Below, piece by piece: positions 1-13,400 of a DNA stretch of 64,000 bases (within the stretch, counting starts at the first letter, position 1; the number at the start of each line of letters is the position of its first letter). The stretch lies in NCBI GenBank assembly GCA_051294905.1, contig CM119383.1:23560001-23624000 (forward strand). Reading direction: 5' to 3'. Origin of the DNA: Botryllus schlosseri. Taxonomy: Eukaryota. Made by a program: the position numbers and the translations under genes. Under the pieces are notes generated by a model. It saw only the letters and a program-made list of their open reading frames with translations. It was not told the origin of the DNA and did no database searches.

Positions 1-167
1 TCCACAACAACATTATAATACACCTTGTTCAAATCAATTTTCAGTCGTGGTGAACTGGCCCTGTACATAAGATCTGAATCGAATGCATTTTTCACTGTTC
101 TAGGTTCCTGGCTACTGGCGATTCATTCCAAACAATCGCTTTCTCGTATCGGTGCGGCAAGTCAACA

Positions 168-998
168 GTGGTCAACTTGATAAGGGAGACTTGTGTGGCT
201 TTCTGGCAGGCTTTAGCAGCGGAGTACATGCCAGAACCCACACAAGGACAATGGATAGAGAGTGCATCACAATTCAGAGATAAGTGGAACTTTCCTAATT
301 GTATTGGCAGTATTGATGGCAAGCATGTGGTCCTTCAGAAACCTGCAAAGTCTGGGTCATTGTATTTTAATTATAAGAAGACTTTTAGTATCGTTCTGAT
401 GGCAGTTGTTGATGCTCAGAGGAGATTTATTGCTGTTGATATAGGTCAATATGGAAGGGTCAACGATAGTAAGTGCTTCAGCAACTCCAATTTCGGAAAA
501 CGTTTGTCCTCTGGCCAATTAGATCTGCCATCAGATGCTCCTTTGCCTGGGTGTGTAAGTCCAAGTCCTCATGTTTTTGTCGCAGATGAAGCATTCCCAC
601 TGCAGAGGCATATTATGCGACCTTTTCCAGGTACCTCATTGAATTGCCCAGAGCGGAGACATTTTAATTCCAGACTGTCGCGAGCAAGGAATGTTGTGGA
701 AAATGCATTTGGCATTTTGTCCTCCCGGTTTAGAATGTTTCGCAGGCCGTTGGCAATCACTCCTGCAAATACTGACCATGTAGTCAAAGCATGTACTGTC
801 CTGCATAATTATCTTTCAGGTGATCAACATCACCTTGAATTTGCGGCAGATGGCGAGGGACCTCCAGAGCAACCCGGACCGCATTGGCAGTCTCTTACAA
901 GAACGGGAAGACGTTACACGGAGGAGGCTAGGATTATTAGAAATGATTTTGTTGGGTATTTCAATAGCCAGCGGGGTGCTTACGCACCCAGGCATTGA
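168..998 (+). CDS. Harbinger/PIF (DDE_Tnp_4, HARBI1-like) transposase; N-terminus probably lies upstream
   Basis: Motifs NFPNCIGSIDGKH, YFNYKKTFSIVLMAVVD, DIGQYGRVND, FVADEAFPL, FNSRLSRARNVVENAFGILSSRFR and ACTVLHN give the Harbinger D-D-E triad. Confidence 0.93.
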   Translation: MVNLIRETCVAFWQALAAEYMPEPTQGQWIESASQFRDKWNFPNCIGSIDGKHVVLQKPAKSGSLYFNYKKTFSIVLMAVVDAQRRFIAVDIGQYGRVNDSKCFSNSNFGKRLSSGQLDLPSDAPLPGCVSPSPHVFVADEAFPLQRHIMRPFPGTSLNCPERRHFNSRLSRARNVVENAFGILSSRFRMFRRPLAITPANTDHVVKACTVLHNYLSGDQHHLEFAADGEGPPEQPGPHWQSLTRTGRRYTEEARIIRNDFVGYFNSQRGAYAPRH

Positions 999-1044
999 GT
1001 TCATTTTTCCCTCCTTCTCTCCATGTATTATATATTTACACATT

Positions 1045-1291
1045 TTAACTATTATTCAGTATTAATTCAGTTTTCTTATTTATATCCTCTCACATATTTA
1101 TATTGGTATAATATATATTTATTATTTATATTTATATATATATACATGCGATAGTACTGATTGATGTTAACTATTATTCAGTATTAATTCCGTTTTCTTA
1201 TATATATCCTCTCACATATTTATATTAGTATAATATCTATTTATTATTTATATTTATATATATATACATGCGATAGTACTGATTGATGTTA
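1045..1291 (+). repeat. 122-bp AT-rich tandem duplication (2 copies)
   Basis: TTAACTATTATTCAGTATTAATTC... starts at 1045 and again at 1167, with few mismatches. Confidence 0.9.
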
Positions 1292-1329
1292 TTTGAAATT
1301 TTACTCTAAAGTTGGACTAGGGATTACCA

Positions 1330-2576
1330 TGGATTGTTTAAACTACATCAAGTCAAAGCAATGAGTTGAAAAACAGTGGAGTCTTACTTAGCAATCTTGT
1401 CTAAACTTTTCTAGAAGTAGTTGTAAACCCATACTACTTGATTAGGCAGTAGTGCTTATTTTCAGACCGCCTATGGTCACTGGTCATGTGTATTGTCATA
1501 ACCATCTGTGCAGTTCTCTGGTCATTGCTGATAATATTTAAGTGCTTTGCCCATGATGATGATTGTCAGGAATGCTGAGGCTTAGATCTGGGAGTCTCAT
1601 AGCCAGGGATGCGACTACATATTCTGAGGCAACATGTTATTGTTGAAGTTTCACTACAGTACATCTTAATAATAAATCATTGAGATTGTGGAAATCTTGT
1701 CAACTCTCTTTTCATGTGGCTATGACTTAAAATGCTAGCGGAGGTATAGCAAGACGAAGAACAAGAATTGTTGCCATTCATTTATTAATGCAATTGCCGG
1801 ATACCCAATATGTGCAAGTGCAAACCGGGGCACAACTGGTTGTAAGAGTTGGTGTTTCTCTCGAGAAACACCGGGAGAGAAACACCGAAGACCAAAGTTT
1901 AAACCCGGTTAAAATGAAAGATCTCCCAGCCATTATTATGACCATTTCCCAACATCCAGACAATTGCTTCTTGCTGCCGCATCCATTGCTTGTACCTAAA
2001 AGATAACATAGTAAAACACACAATGGCGACAAGAGTATCCACTCTAGTCTTAGCAGAAAATGCTACATAACTTATGGCCTTTAGTCTCAACTGTTCTAGC
2101 CCCTACATCATTTGTTCTCAAACTTTTTTAGACATGACATCAACTTCATCTGCTAATCCTCCGTAAATCTCAACTAATCAAATCTCTTTCAAAGTCTCAT
2201 ATCACCTGCAAATTTCAAGGTGTGGATCCAAAAAAGTCAGGAGCAAACCGAAGGCCCACTTTTTTTGTAAAGCATCTGCCCCTGCTCCCGATGGAATACT
2301 TTTCTTCGTCCTGACATAACGGTCACGAAGCGTCTTCCACCTTGTTTTCGCCACCAACTCTGCAATCCGGGCGTCCACGTTACAAGCAATATATCTATCT
2401 ATGCACCACACGAAAAACACTCATCTCATACCTGATACATCTAATAAAGCCGTTATCTCCCTCCACGCCGTACCCGATTTGGTCCTGAGGTGATGATCAT
2501 TAAGTGAGACAGTATACAGCAATGGTCTCAGTCTCACCTCCTCAACGAGCCTCTCATTCAAATCAAAACTATCCAT
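1330..2576 (-). pseudogene. MADF (Myb/SANT-like) DNA-binding gene, second gene of the Harbinger element, convergent to the transposase
   Basis: Exon 1 (2576-2432) reads MDSFDLNERLVEEVRLRPLLYTVSLNDHHLRTKSGTAWREITALLDVS. A 72-nt GT-AG intron (2431-2360) joins it in frame to ELVAKTRWKTLRDRYVR...KKWAFGLLLTFLDPHL. The downstream part is degraded and its 3' limit is approximate. Confidence 0.8.
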
Positions 2577-3608
2577 ATTACTCGTCTGCATAAATAGGAT
2601 ACTTTGACAGTATAACCATAGATTGGTTAGTTATCTATAGTACAACATGGCATACATGGCTTCTCAACTCATAAACGTAAACAGCTGAAACAAGACAACA
2701 CCGGTATTCCTAAAACAAACCTGCCAGTGCCAGGCGCAGATGATCCCTTGCGAGTCTGATTCATCACAAATGAACTCGATCGCAGTTCATTAGTTATTTT
2801 CCCGCGTAGCAACAGTATAAATACTATAAAATCGGCGACCCCTTGCGAGTATGAATTTCGTAAATGAGCTGAACGTCAAGCTTGTGACCGACCCCTTGCG
2901 AGTGTGAATTCTCACAAATGAACTCGTCAAGTCATCAGTACGCGCGTACGAATCGCTCTCTCCGCGTAACCTCCGCGTAATGTCCGCGTAAGAAAACGAG
3001 AGAAAAGAGGCTCTTTACGCGCCGAGCAAACGAGAGAAGAGCAGAGAAAGGAAAGAAACTAAAGAAATGCTTTAAATGCCCTATACGCCGTACAATTTTA
3101 CGCAAATGTGACCGATGCTTAAATATCCTCATGACCAGCAGTGGGAGGATTCATTCCATTTATTCTCTGATGTCTCCATCCAGTGAAATTGCAGCGAATC
3201 ATTAGTGCACAGTAGGGCTGTTCAAAAATAACCTTTTTTCCTGAATCTTGCTGGTTACTCGATTAAATCGTTAGATTGCCTTAAAAAACGACGAACACCA
3301 AATTTGAATTCATTCCAACCAATATTCGCGGATTTCGTAGAGTTTGAAAATTTTGAATTTGCCTAAAAATGCAAAAAAAAATTTTTTTCTAATTTTTCTG
3401 CCAACCCCATGAAATTGTCGCGCTGTCTTCAAAAACGATGCAAAACAAACACTGTAAAAAGTTTTAAGATTATCACCGACTGATTAGTCTGGTAATTTCG
3501 TTATCAAAGTCGAGTATCTATAAGCGTGGCATGCCATTTAACCTAAGGCAAATTGTTCGATTGTTGCGCTGCGATTGACCAAAGCCGCTAGATTCAGTCG
3601 AGCGTGAC

Positions 3609-4516
3609 TTAACAATGGGAAACGGGAGTTTCCGTTCCATAGTCACATTCCATAGTTATATCCGTAGCTTCCTCGGGAGTAACTGCAATATCAGGAACTG
3701 GCTCATTGGTTTTTGTAGCAAAATTGTGCAAACATATTGTTGCAATGATTGCCAGGATGGTGTTTTCGATTTGCATTCGCATAGGATTTAGCAACATCTG
3801 GAAACGCAAAAGCATTGCTCGATCAGCATGCATGTCTTTGAGTGCATATAGCTGTATTTTTTTTCTTGTCCAAGCTGTGGATTTGGTAATGGAGTCATCA
3901 GGTACATTTTTAGAGCATAGAGCCTCTGTCTCCCGGCACAACAGCATTAGTCACTACCGGTATTCCCTTGGCATTGCAGTCCATTTGACAGTTCGAAGAA
4001 AAATATCCTTTCCTGCAACGATAAATTTTCTGGTACAGAGCCACCTAGGGACTTTTTTGGGATATGGGTACCATCAATGCATCCGATGACATTTGGAACT
4101 CCAGTATGTCAAAGAAATCACTCTTTGTTGGTAACGAATCATCCAATCGTGGGATAAATTTTCTCTATTCACTGATAATGCCCGAGAAATGCAGTGGATT
4201 ATTCGGCGTGCAGTTGTCCGGCTTACACCAATCAAATCAGCATCTGTTTGTTGAAAATGACCGTAGCAAAAAATCGGAGAGCACAGAGTAATTGCATCAT
4301 GGGGTGCAAAGCTTGGCACCGTACAACCAACCATGGGCTGTCTCTAATCATGTCCAATAGAATTACCGTAGCTCCCTTGTAAAATCCGTAGCGGTCAACG
4401 AATTCATTTGCTGGGTATTTTACAAATGAGTCCGATATGTCTGCCAAGGCATGCCTGGGCATAACAATTGTATTCTCGTCGTCCGAACTGCCATCTACGA
4501 TGTCCAAAATATACAA
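3609..4516 (-). pseudogene. Second, frameshifted Harbinger/PIF transposase
   Basis: Fragments in different frames: EFVDRYGF...LHPMMQLLCALRFFAT; GHFQQTDADLIGVSRTTARRIIHCISRAL; a DGTHIP motif at ~4050-4075; IIATICLHNF. Confidence 0.85.
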
Positions 4517-7286
4517 CAGTACCAGTTTGCAATGCCGTCTTTAGAACTTATAACTGTGAATAAACTACAGATTAATATGCATTAAAGCTGCAAAGTGGCT
4601 TCAAATCAATTTCATAAGTCTACCTAGGACACGACGGCATTCATACATAGCACATGACCAAAATCGACATTTCCAATCAGCATTGGCATTGAAGCAATAT
4701 TTGCTACGAAGTCGATGGGTTGACATGGCAACCTTCCACGGATCACTACATTTTGCGTCATTTTGACGCAATAGCGTCCTACATCCTGGATTTGTAGATC
4801 TACTAACTTCGCACGAACATCCAATGTTTTGGCGTGCGGATCATCTACTTCTAAATCGGGAGATCTTGGAACTCGCAGATTAAGCGAAAATCCAGGATGT
4901 TTTTACTCAGCTTTTTGGCCTCCACCCCAAGTTGTATTCTAGTATTAAAGGCTTTTTCTACCACGGTAGTTGATGTGATATGATCTATGACATACAACAA
5001 AGTTTCCGTCATACCAAAATTCCGAATTATTTAATCCTTATTTCTGTCAATTATGATGAGTGGACCCCTAATTAAAAAAATCCGTCCTTCTAAATTCTAC
5101 AACATATGTGTGCATGTGGAAATATGCAAAATGTTAGGAAATACAATTTCGACATGGATGCGTGTTTTGTTCACTTTTCACGTGTTCAACAGTATTTAAT
5201 TTCAGATAAGAAAAGTCCAGTTAAAGTAGAGAATTGAGTCGATTCCTATAGTTCCTGGGACGTCGTCGGTACTTGCTTTAGTCCTGCCCACGCAAGACCA
5301 ACCGATCGCTGCCTAATTTGACGACGAGATCGCCGACCAGGATCTGATCGCAGGCTTGGACTTTTCCGAAGACGACTCGGTTAGACGAGCACCGCCACAG
5401 TCGACACACCACTGCGTGTGCCCATGCTGGCGCGACAGCCTAGTCGCTACACAATCGCTCTCCAAGCATCGCAACGTAGCAAGAGTCAACAAGCGATAGG
5501 CCGACATCACCGTGGCTGTTATCATGAAGAAAGAGAAGCAGCAGATTTTCAAGTACAACACGCGCGCGTTCGCTCATTTGTAAATATTACGCATGTAATT
5601 ATTCCGCTGTTCTGTAATATACATGTAAGTATTGTCCACGTATGGTGTCGTTGGATGCATCTAGCTGGAAAATGCGTTGCGATCATTTCAAATCAGGCGT
5701 CGCTTCAAGGGCTTGAGCTGGATCAGTCGCTCGCATATTTCCGGTTCGCGAACCTTCAATCGTTTAGTTAAGTATGGCTTTGGCTGGATCAGCCGCTCGC
5801 ATAGTTGCATTTGACTCAAGTGTTCGGATTGAGCAGTTCTTAGACTTCGTGCTTTAAGCTATCGTCGCGTGTTTTGGTTTGTCGAACTGCGTTCGATTCC
5901 ACCGACGTAGAATTTCAAAGACCGTGCCGGTTAATCGCCGACGTTTTCCGACTCGCGTTGTAAAACAAAATGGCGGACTGCACATGCCTGACGTGCGTGA
6001 TCAACAGTTCCTTCTGGTGTTTTTGCATCGGTCAAACAAAGGCATGTGCTGTGCATTTACGGTAATGGATTTCGTTTCTGTATGCAATTGCTATGAATTT
6101 ATATCTAAATGTCTTCAAGCAGGATGGCGACACTGCAAGTATTGTCAATAACAATAATCCTGTTAGGCTATTATATTCTGGTCGCTCTCCGATGCTCGCG
6201 TCAAAGGGCGCGGGTCGCGCTAATTGGGCATCGAGTTGTACGTCAGGCTGGTGCCTAGAGGAATCTCTTGTCGTCTATCAGTGGTTCTCAACCGCCGGTC
6301 CGCGAGGAATATTACAATTTTATACTTTAATTTCAAGATGCAATGTTGAAGGCTTGTTCTTTGATAAAATAAATAAAACATCTATTTTTAAACTGATTCA
6401 AAACTTTGTGAGGTAACATTAGGGCTAGAAACATGTTCGATTTGACTTTAAGTACAAGACGTTTCATCTGAGGACATGCGAGCGACAAATACAGAACAGA
6501 TACGAGCTCACTCATCGCTAAGCAGCGCAGTTTGATTATTGGTTTTCGATTCCGTAACTGGGGCACACCAAACCGCCCAATTGGAGAGGGGCCGAGCTTG
6601 AAATGGGCCTAAAATTATTGTGCAAATGAACATAAATCACAGCGTTTTATTTGAAACTTTTACCAACATTTTTCAATTTCTTTTCGGGCTTTGCACGATT
6701 TAGTGTCCCTGAGGGTGGGTTTCAAATAGTCAACTTAGGCCCGTCGTCGGGCTTAAGCTACATCCCTCTGCCCTAAGTCAATTTCAAAACTGTGACTTAA
6801 GGGGATTTCCCTCCTTTTCAAAAATCGGAATCACAGCCGCACTCAAAAATGCGAATCACAGCCGCCTATTTCTTCGAATACTGTGCGATAACGTGCTGAA
6901 CGTTTGCCAGATACTTCCTCGGGGTTCTGTTCTGATCGTCCGTCCGTAAATTTCAAAAACTCAAGCAATTGCATATTCCTTCACTGCGTCAACGACATCA
7001 GCGAGCAACTCAAAGCAATAACAATCTGGCCTCGGTTCCGTGTTGAACTCGCCACAGCGACGAAGTAGACAGTAATTACTCGCAACTAACGGACTTGGCC
7101 GAGCGCGGCGCCAAATTGACATTTGAAACCGAAGTAAGACCGCCGACCAGTGGTGCCACTCCTAGTGTTTTAACACTAGATCTAGTGTTTTTTCGGTCGT
7201 CCTAATGTTCTAGTGCTTTTTTTCGCACAATTTTGCTAATCTAGTGTTTTTCTGCAAGTGTGCGGACAATGAATATCCTAACATTA

Positions 7287-9340
7287 CACTGTAAAAAATC
7301 TGGTACAGCTACTGGGAAATCTCTGTAAATTTTACCACGAATTACCGGTCGCAGCCAATTACTGTGCGTAGCTTGTCGTTTTACATTTTGATATGTAATA
7401 TTACCTTAATATAGCTGTGATGTAAGTTACCAGAATTTCTTTGCAAAATTACTGACAGTTACTCGTTACTGCAGTTTACCGGGCTATTGGCAAAATTGAT
7501 TAGCTTCAAAATCGCTGCAGCCAATGTATACGTAGAGCTGAATGTTACTGATATATCATTCTAGAGGTGATTTGACCTGATTGAACCTCGTTTGCGAGAC
7601 TGGGGTCTGTCATACCGAAATTGTTGGCCCTAGTATCAATTTAAGCTTAGTAGGGTACAAGAAATAACTGACAATCGTAGCTAATGTGGTACACCGTAGC
7701 CATATTATATTATAAGGCAATGGCTGTACGGCCAGTCTCGCTGGTTACATTCGTTGTCACGGATAAGGCTGATAAGTTAGAAAATTAGTTCAGGATGTAT
7801 AATATTGCTCGGGGAAACTAGAAATATCAGCACCGCACGCTCAGCTGACCATTTGTTAATGGCGGACAAGGCGACCTGTAATAGGTTACATTAGGTGACT
7901 GCTTTTTCTGAGATTCGTAGTAAACAACCAACGCACAACTGTGACATCACAAGCAGCGTCTGGTTAGGTAAGTACAGTAAGTAGTGAACAACACATGGGA
8001 TATATATCAATTTATACGAAATTAGATGAAAAAAGGGACTATATGCAATGATAAATGTTTCTGTATGAAAAAAAAGACCCAGATCAATCATTATAACGTG
8101 GCCAGTAAATATTATTGGTGTCATGTGTCAGCGGATGAATACCATTTATTTCGAAATCGTTCGAGTGTCGTCTGGCCAGTGGCCATTAGTGAGATTTGGG
8201 CAAAGGGTGGAGCGAAGCTTGATGTGCTTGAAGAAAGTGGACCCGATCGTTGAAGATTCCTAGGAATGCTGAATGGAATACGCATCTTAAAAGGTAATAC
8301 AGTACTACATACTATTTGTTACCGTGAATAGGATACTCTGCACACCAGCCCTCGATGACTTAGATTTCATGATTGATATATTTCATTCGCCGCATTCTCT
8401 GTTCTATTTTGGGCTATTTGTCGACTTCTATAGTGACCACATACTCCGCTGCGGAGGAGTTGAAACTGTTGGCTTGGTAATGTCATTTTCGGGCCATAGC
8501 ATAGATATGTTTTCACCCACTGCTGGATTTGTTTGCCACACATGCCACCTTAAATTAGGAACCTTTTGCTTCCATACAGAGATAAAGTCATTCATGAATC
8601 TTTGCTATGTCATGTAAAAGGCGGAGCCGTCATCACACAATGTGCCAGTACCGGTACTTCAAAACATGTTATATTTTTGTTAGCCTATTTGTCTTAGTCT
8701 TTATAATGTCATGTCCACTGTCCAGGTTAGGAACTTTGCTTTATAAAGCGACTTACGCATGAATTCTTTTTAGTGGAACTGCAAGATACTACTTACACAG
8801 AAGGAATGAGAACGAGAAAAAGAAACAATTGGAAGTTTGGCCTGTGGTGGAATTAATTCACGTTTTCTCGAGACCACTCGTGTTACTGCATGTCTCCTAA
8901 AGAAGAATTAGACCTCCAGCAGCAATATTTTTCCATCGATAACCACTTCATCGTGATATCATGAATGAATATAAAGTTTGTTCCAATGTCGTTTTGGGGA
9001 TGTGAAGAAAATGTTGCGATATTTTTGCATCGGGTTGCTTTGCGATAGGTATGGATGTACGTGAATTTACAAGCTGGTATGTAATCCTGATTTACAGGGA
9101 CAGCATGTAGGTAGGTAGGCGGTAAAATGACAATCTCGATCACAAATGTACAGGAGAACATGTAAATTAGATATACCGGAGGTGACTGTAACATTACAGT
9201 CTGGCGTGTAAAGTGAGATTACCGGACGAGTGTAAGTTAAATTTACATTGACTAACGGTAATGTTAGATTACCACGAAATGTCTGGCTACCGTGCTTCCA
9301 AACATTTCGCGGTTAATCGAGGTTTTTATTTTTTACAGTG
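7287..9340. mobile_element. Non-autonomous CACTG-type (EnSpm/CACTA) element
   Basis: CACTGTAAAAAA at 7287 and TTTTTTACAGTG ending at 9340; 2-bp TSD TA on both sides; GTAA/TTAC-rich subterminal regions. Confidence 0.8.
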
Positions 9341-9479
9341 TAGACTACTAAATTATACGCCAAATTTATCGCTAATAAGACGATTTGGTGTTTCTAGCTG
9401 TGTTTGTTTTCAACAATTTTATGTGGTGGTGCAGTCGCAATAAGCAATTATTACGTAACTGGGTGCGCTGTGAATCCGT

Positions 9480-10066
9480 GCTTATGAGCGAAAGTCTCGG
9501 ATAAAATGAAGAGCGATTTCGCTCTGATGCTGTGCCGCTTCTTGTCGAACTCGCTCTGCAGATTCGGGCAAGATTTTCATTTTCCGAGGACAGCATACTT
9601 TCGTACTCAAGTGTATTGAATTCGTTAAAAGCCTTATCAACACAAAGGAAAGTAAAATCAATCATTCCTCTAGCTGTGCAATTTCCCTCTGTTATATTTT
9701 TCATAAACTTGATGATTTTCCGAAAGAATGGGCTGCTTTGGCAAATCCGCAAAATGAGCTGCAGGTTATCAGTCAATGCCCTTCAACAGAATTTTGGCAA
9801 AAATTGAAATCTGTGCACAATGGATTCTGTGAATCAGAATTCCCTTTACTGGCGAAGCTCATGACGAATCTCCTGGCATTGCCACATTCCACACTGCATG
9901 CGTGGTAATTAAGTATGCTATTCGCATGGACACTTCCCCATTGTTTGGTTGTAGATGCACGGTAGTGAGCAAGATACCACACGAAAAATACTTATGTTTG
10001 ATGGATGGTGCACAATCGAAAGATGATTTTTGTGATGCCGCACAATTCGAAAGCGACAATATTTGA
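9480..10066 (+). pseudogene. C-terminal remnant of a hAT transposase (dimerisation-domain region), belonging to the 7148-30352 element
   Basis: ERFRSDAVPLLVELALQIRARFSF...SIIPLAVQFP, then after a frameshift STEFWQKLKSVHNGFCESEFPLLAKLMTNLLALPHS. EFW...FP.LA....LL.LPHS is the hAT dimerisation signature. Confidence 0.75.
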
Positions 10067-10492
10067 TTTTCTCTTACTCTGTTGAATTCGTTTCATGAAT
10101 TTTCGTTGAATACTCATGCAGTATATCATACATTGTATCGAATTCGTCTGGTAACTCGGTCAAGGAAGCGTGATCACGTAACGCCGATTCTTAGATCCCT
10201 TCATTGGTTACCCGTGAAATTTAGGTCTGAATACAAGCTTCTTCTGTACGTCTTCAAATGCATGGAGGGAAGTGCACCAACGTATCTTCGTGAGCTAGTG
10301 ACAATGTATAATCATAGCCTTTATAAGATAGTCGTTACACTCCATTGTTTTCTGTGGCAACTATCGGCGGGGTAGCGACTCCTGGTGGTGATTGGTAATA
10401 ACTTTATTTTGAGTACAGTGTTTCACTATAGTTTCAGTTATATATGTTGCACAGCAAGTTATTTCTACACATTTCAAGCCTCGAGAACTAAA

Positions 10493-13400
10493 ATGACTGC
10501 GAAATCGGGAACTAGTAAGTTAGCGAATGGGAAGTATTGCTGTATTCCGCAATGTTGTAGTTCTACTGCAATCGGATTTCGTCTGTACCTTGTTCCAACT
10601 GGTGACAAACGTCGGTTTGGAGTTAGTACTAAAGAATGGGCCAATAAATTCAAGCAGGTGAGGCTGTAGCGTAGGTAGAGCATTGCATCATTTCTTATAT
10701 TTGAACGGGAAGGGTTGTTTATCCAGCATGAAGGGGCGACGTATGCTGCAAATTTAGATAGGCATTGTGAAAGCAATGTTGCTGTGTTCTTGTGTATTGT
10801 TAGCAGCATCGTTTTGCATTATTTGTAATCAGTAGTCTCAAGTGTTTGAAACATGCCGGTCATGTATGAGTCGTTGTCTTGTGATCACACAATTTCCTGC
10901 GACTGTGAGCACCTTACTTGCTTTAACTTGAAGAATCATCGCTGCATACTTGTTATATTAGGCAAAACGTACTGTGATTCCAGCCGGAAGGAATAAAAAT
11001 ATAATTCACTCCAACTGTTTTCAATAGACTGATAAACAATACTTAATACTAATTTCCTCATTTCAGGTTATTTTCAAGTATCGGTACAACACTGATTTCA
11101 AAAATAAGGTCAATTCTGGCAAAGCATTCATTTGTGAAAACCATTTTGAAGAATCAGACATTCAGGTCTCCAGCCAAAGAAGCTGGCTGAAGCTGGGAGC
11201 TCTACCAAAGATATGTTTGCCACAAAAAAGTCATCCCACAATCATTCCAGAAACTCGCCGAGCGATTATCAAGCACCATATCCCAGAGAAGACAAAAAAA
11301 GCTATCCGTTATGAAAGCATCGATGATATCTTTTCAACGTACAGTCAAAATGTGGTCAGGAATTGGCGTTGCTACCGAGTAGATGAGAATATGCTTCACT
11401 TCAACTATTATGAGAATCCGTTATTACATGCATACAGCTCGATCAGCTTTCTTGTATGGAAAAGAGGAGAGGAATTTTCAATGTCATTCAGTTTCAGGGG
11501 AACCATGAAGGACATTCCAAGTATGACATTGCATGATTGTAGCATTCAAGATGTTTTACGTCAACTCCAAAATTACAAGATATGTAGAGGATATTCTAGT
11601 GTTAGCACTGACAAATGTTGGATATCGAGGAATATATATTGCATACAAGCAGAGCATGAGAAAGTGGAAACCGAAACAAGGTAAGAAAGTGCAGCAATCT
11701 AGAATGAGGTTGAATACCAATGTATGTTTAAAAGCAGGGTCTCTCAAAAATGTTTTCATTGCAAGGTGTATGTTTGTTTACTGTATTGTTTCAGATATTT
11801 CAGTAGTGACTGCTTGGCAGCCGATTTATCAGTTTTGGGTGGTGTGGCATGCCAGGCATGCTCTCGTCTTCATGTCAAGTTGGATGATAATGAGAAGAAG
11901 AGATTCCAGAAGCTCAGTAAGGTAGTAACAGTACCCATAAGTAAGCGATCTTCGCTATCGAATGTCTGTAGAGAGAGGCTGGAAGCTTCATTGGATTTGA
12001 GTCAGCAACGGTAGGCTGTTGGTAGTTTTGCCAAATATTGTGCTGTCATTGAATTTATTTATAGTGTCAGCATTCTTGAAGATCAATTGAAATATAATGG
12101 AGTTGAAGTCTCAGATGAGCTTGCGTCAGCTGTTGATGAGTTATCCAGTACCGATAGTTTTCTGAAGGAATGGCGTCACGTTCAAAGAACTCTACAGCAA
12201 GCAGGGAACAAAAATTCCCATAGATATCCCCCGTCCGTTATTCGGTAATATTTTCAAATAGATCAGGCACATCTGTCATTGCATATCCTGATTTAATATT
12301 CCAGCTACTGCTTGAGTCTTTATGCCAAGTCACCTGCCGCTTACAATTATCTGAAGAAAATATTTGTCTTGCCTTCAAAAAAAACTCTCTGTTTGAGAAG
12401 GACTCAATATTTTGGCTCGTGTAACATTGGCTTCCAGAAGAAATTCGCTGATGAATTAGCCGAATCAATAAGCAAATCTACAAAAGAGTGTGACAAATAC
12501 GTGATTATTGCAATTGATGAATTATCAATCAAAGGTATATTTTTTTGCTGATGATATGTATATTCTTTTAAAAAATGGTCATAACAATTTTCAGAGGAGC
12601 TTGTTTATCGATCTTTCTCCAATGATATTATCGGTTATGTGGACTTCGATGATGAGGTATATAATGACATTTCAAAAAATGGAAGTAAAGTGGCCAATCA
12701 TATCCTTGCTGTTTATACGAGAGGTGAGTTCCAGTGCTCTTGCATGTGGTGCTAACAGCAGGCACAACATGTACTGTACACTTTCAGGGATAACTAACAA
12801 TGGATTGGACGGTGTAGTGGCCTTCTACCCTACTGCCAACGTTGACTCGTCAGATCTCTTTTTTATACTGTCTGACCTACTCGTCGAAATTCAACACAGC
12901 ACTTCTGCCATTATAGTTGGAATTGTTTGTAAGTGTGGATCAGGTGCCCTGTCATTCATGTTTGCACATGTATCTCTTCTTGGATATTTTCAACAGTTGA
13001 CGGTCTTGCTGCCAACAGGGCGGTAATTAACCTTCTTGCATCCCCAGATGATAATGCTGCGGTGCCGTATAGGATGAAGAACCCAATCCATCCGGACAGG
13101 TTGATACTTTGATGCATGCAAAAACTTTACCAGATCAAGTTATTTTCGGTTACAGATTTATATACTTCATCCCTGATCCACCTCATTTGCTGAAAACTAC
13201 CAGAAATAATCTCCTCAACAAGAAGAAATGTCTTTGGAATAATGGACATATATACATCGATCCGATCAAGCAGCTGGTCAGAGTAGGTGTAAATTTTGGC
13301 CATTCATCTCAATGCACCCTGCTGCAATCAATTCAATCTGTGATGAATCTAGATAGATTTAAATACTCCAAGCTTCGCTTCAAATTGCTATGGCCAAATT

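Larger units (their letters stand above)
1..3118. mobile_element. Harbinger/PIF DNA transposon (left end outside the window)
   Basis: Transposase plus convergent MADF gene. Candidate right terminus ...ATGTGACCGATGC (3118) is followed by TTA, a TWA-type TSD. The partner TIR is not visible. Confidence 0.6.

Noticed and set aside
3213-5070. TAGGGCTGTTC... and ...GGACCCCTA as TIRs of the second Harbinger element
   Set aside because: Only about 5 bp match, so the boundaries are left undefined.
9372-9776. Minus-strand 134-aa ORF with RG..D and RLHHHIK, superficially like a second P C-terminal domain
   Set aside because: The plus strand of the same DNA carries clear hAT transposase motifs (ELALQIRARF; EFWQKL...FPLLAKL..NLLALPHS), so this is an antisense shadow ORF.
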